Below are positions 63,895 to 64,000 of a stretch of 64,000 nucleotides of DNA, in pieces. Location of the stretch: sequence record NZ_CP085281.1; one strand, written 5' to 3'. The first letter of the stretch is position 1, and every line of letters starts with the position of its first letter. This DNA comes from a plasmid. The position numbers and the translations under genes are program-made. Under the pieces are notes generated by a model. It was not told the origin of the DNA. It worked only from the letters and a program-made list of their open reading frames with translations, and did no database searches.

Positions 63895-64000
63895 CCAGCC
63901 TCATGAACCAGCACACCTAGACGGCGGCCAGTTGTCCGACTGCTGCAGGGGGTTAGTGGTCGTCGTTGGGGGGCTGTTTGCTTTCGGAGGCGAGGGCGTC

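Noticed and set aside
1-64000. CRISPR arrays, tRNA/rRNA genes, integrase, relaxase
   Set aside because: No regularly spaced short repeats, no cloverleaf-like or rRNA-like segments and no Tyr/Ser recombinase or HUH/MOB relaxase motifs were recognised by eye. Their absence is provisional without tools.

Overview
This is a high-GC, Mycobacterium-like actinobacterial accessory region made almost entirely of mobile and defence-type genes; I found no housekeeping genes, rRNA, tRNA or CRISPR array. The main feature is a roughly 20 kb minus-strand operon (about 24.0-44.3 kb) encoding a Firmicutes/Actinobacteria-type (pCW3 Tcp / ICEBs1-like) type IV secretion conjugation module. Around it sit elements that are well supported on their own: an IS200/IS605 element carrying tnpA and tnpB, two identical inverted IS256-family copies each flanked by its own target-site duplication, and three toxin-antitoxin or abortive-infection modules (VapBC, YefM/YoeB, AbiEi/AbiEii). 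The other flanking genes are an ArdC-like anti-restriction protein, an ATP-dependent DNA ligase, an unusual zinc-ribbon-less sirtuin at the end of a six-gene operon, and an ADP-ribosylglycohydrolase paired with a TetR regulator. The most unusual findings are a strand-consistent 28-30 bp repeat present in ten copies both inside and outside genes, three further DNA motifs that each recur upstream of different operons, and a WXG-like giant protein and EspL/YbaB-like protein within a T4SS rather than an ESX context. No integrase or relaxase was recognised. All calls come from reading motifs by eye without database searches, so family assignments are hypotheses with the stated confidence.
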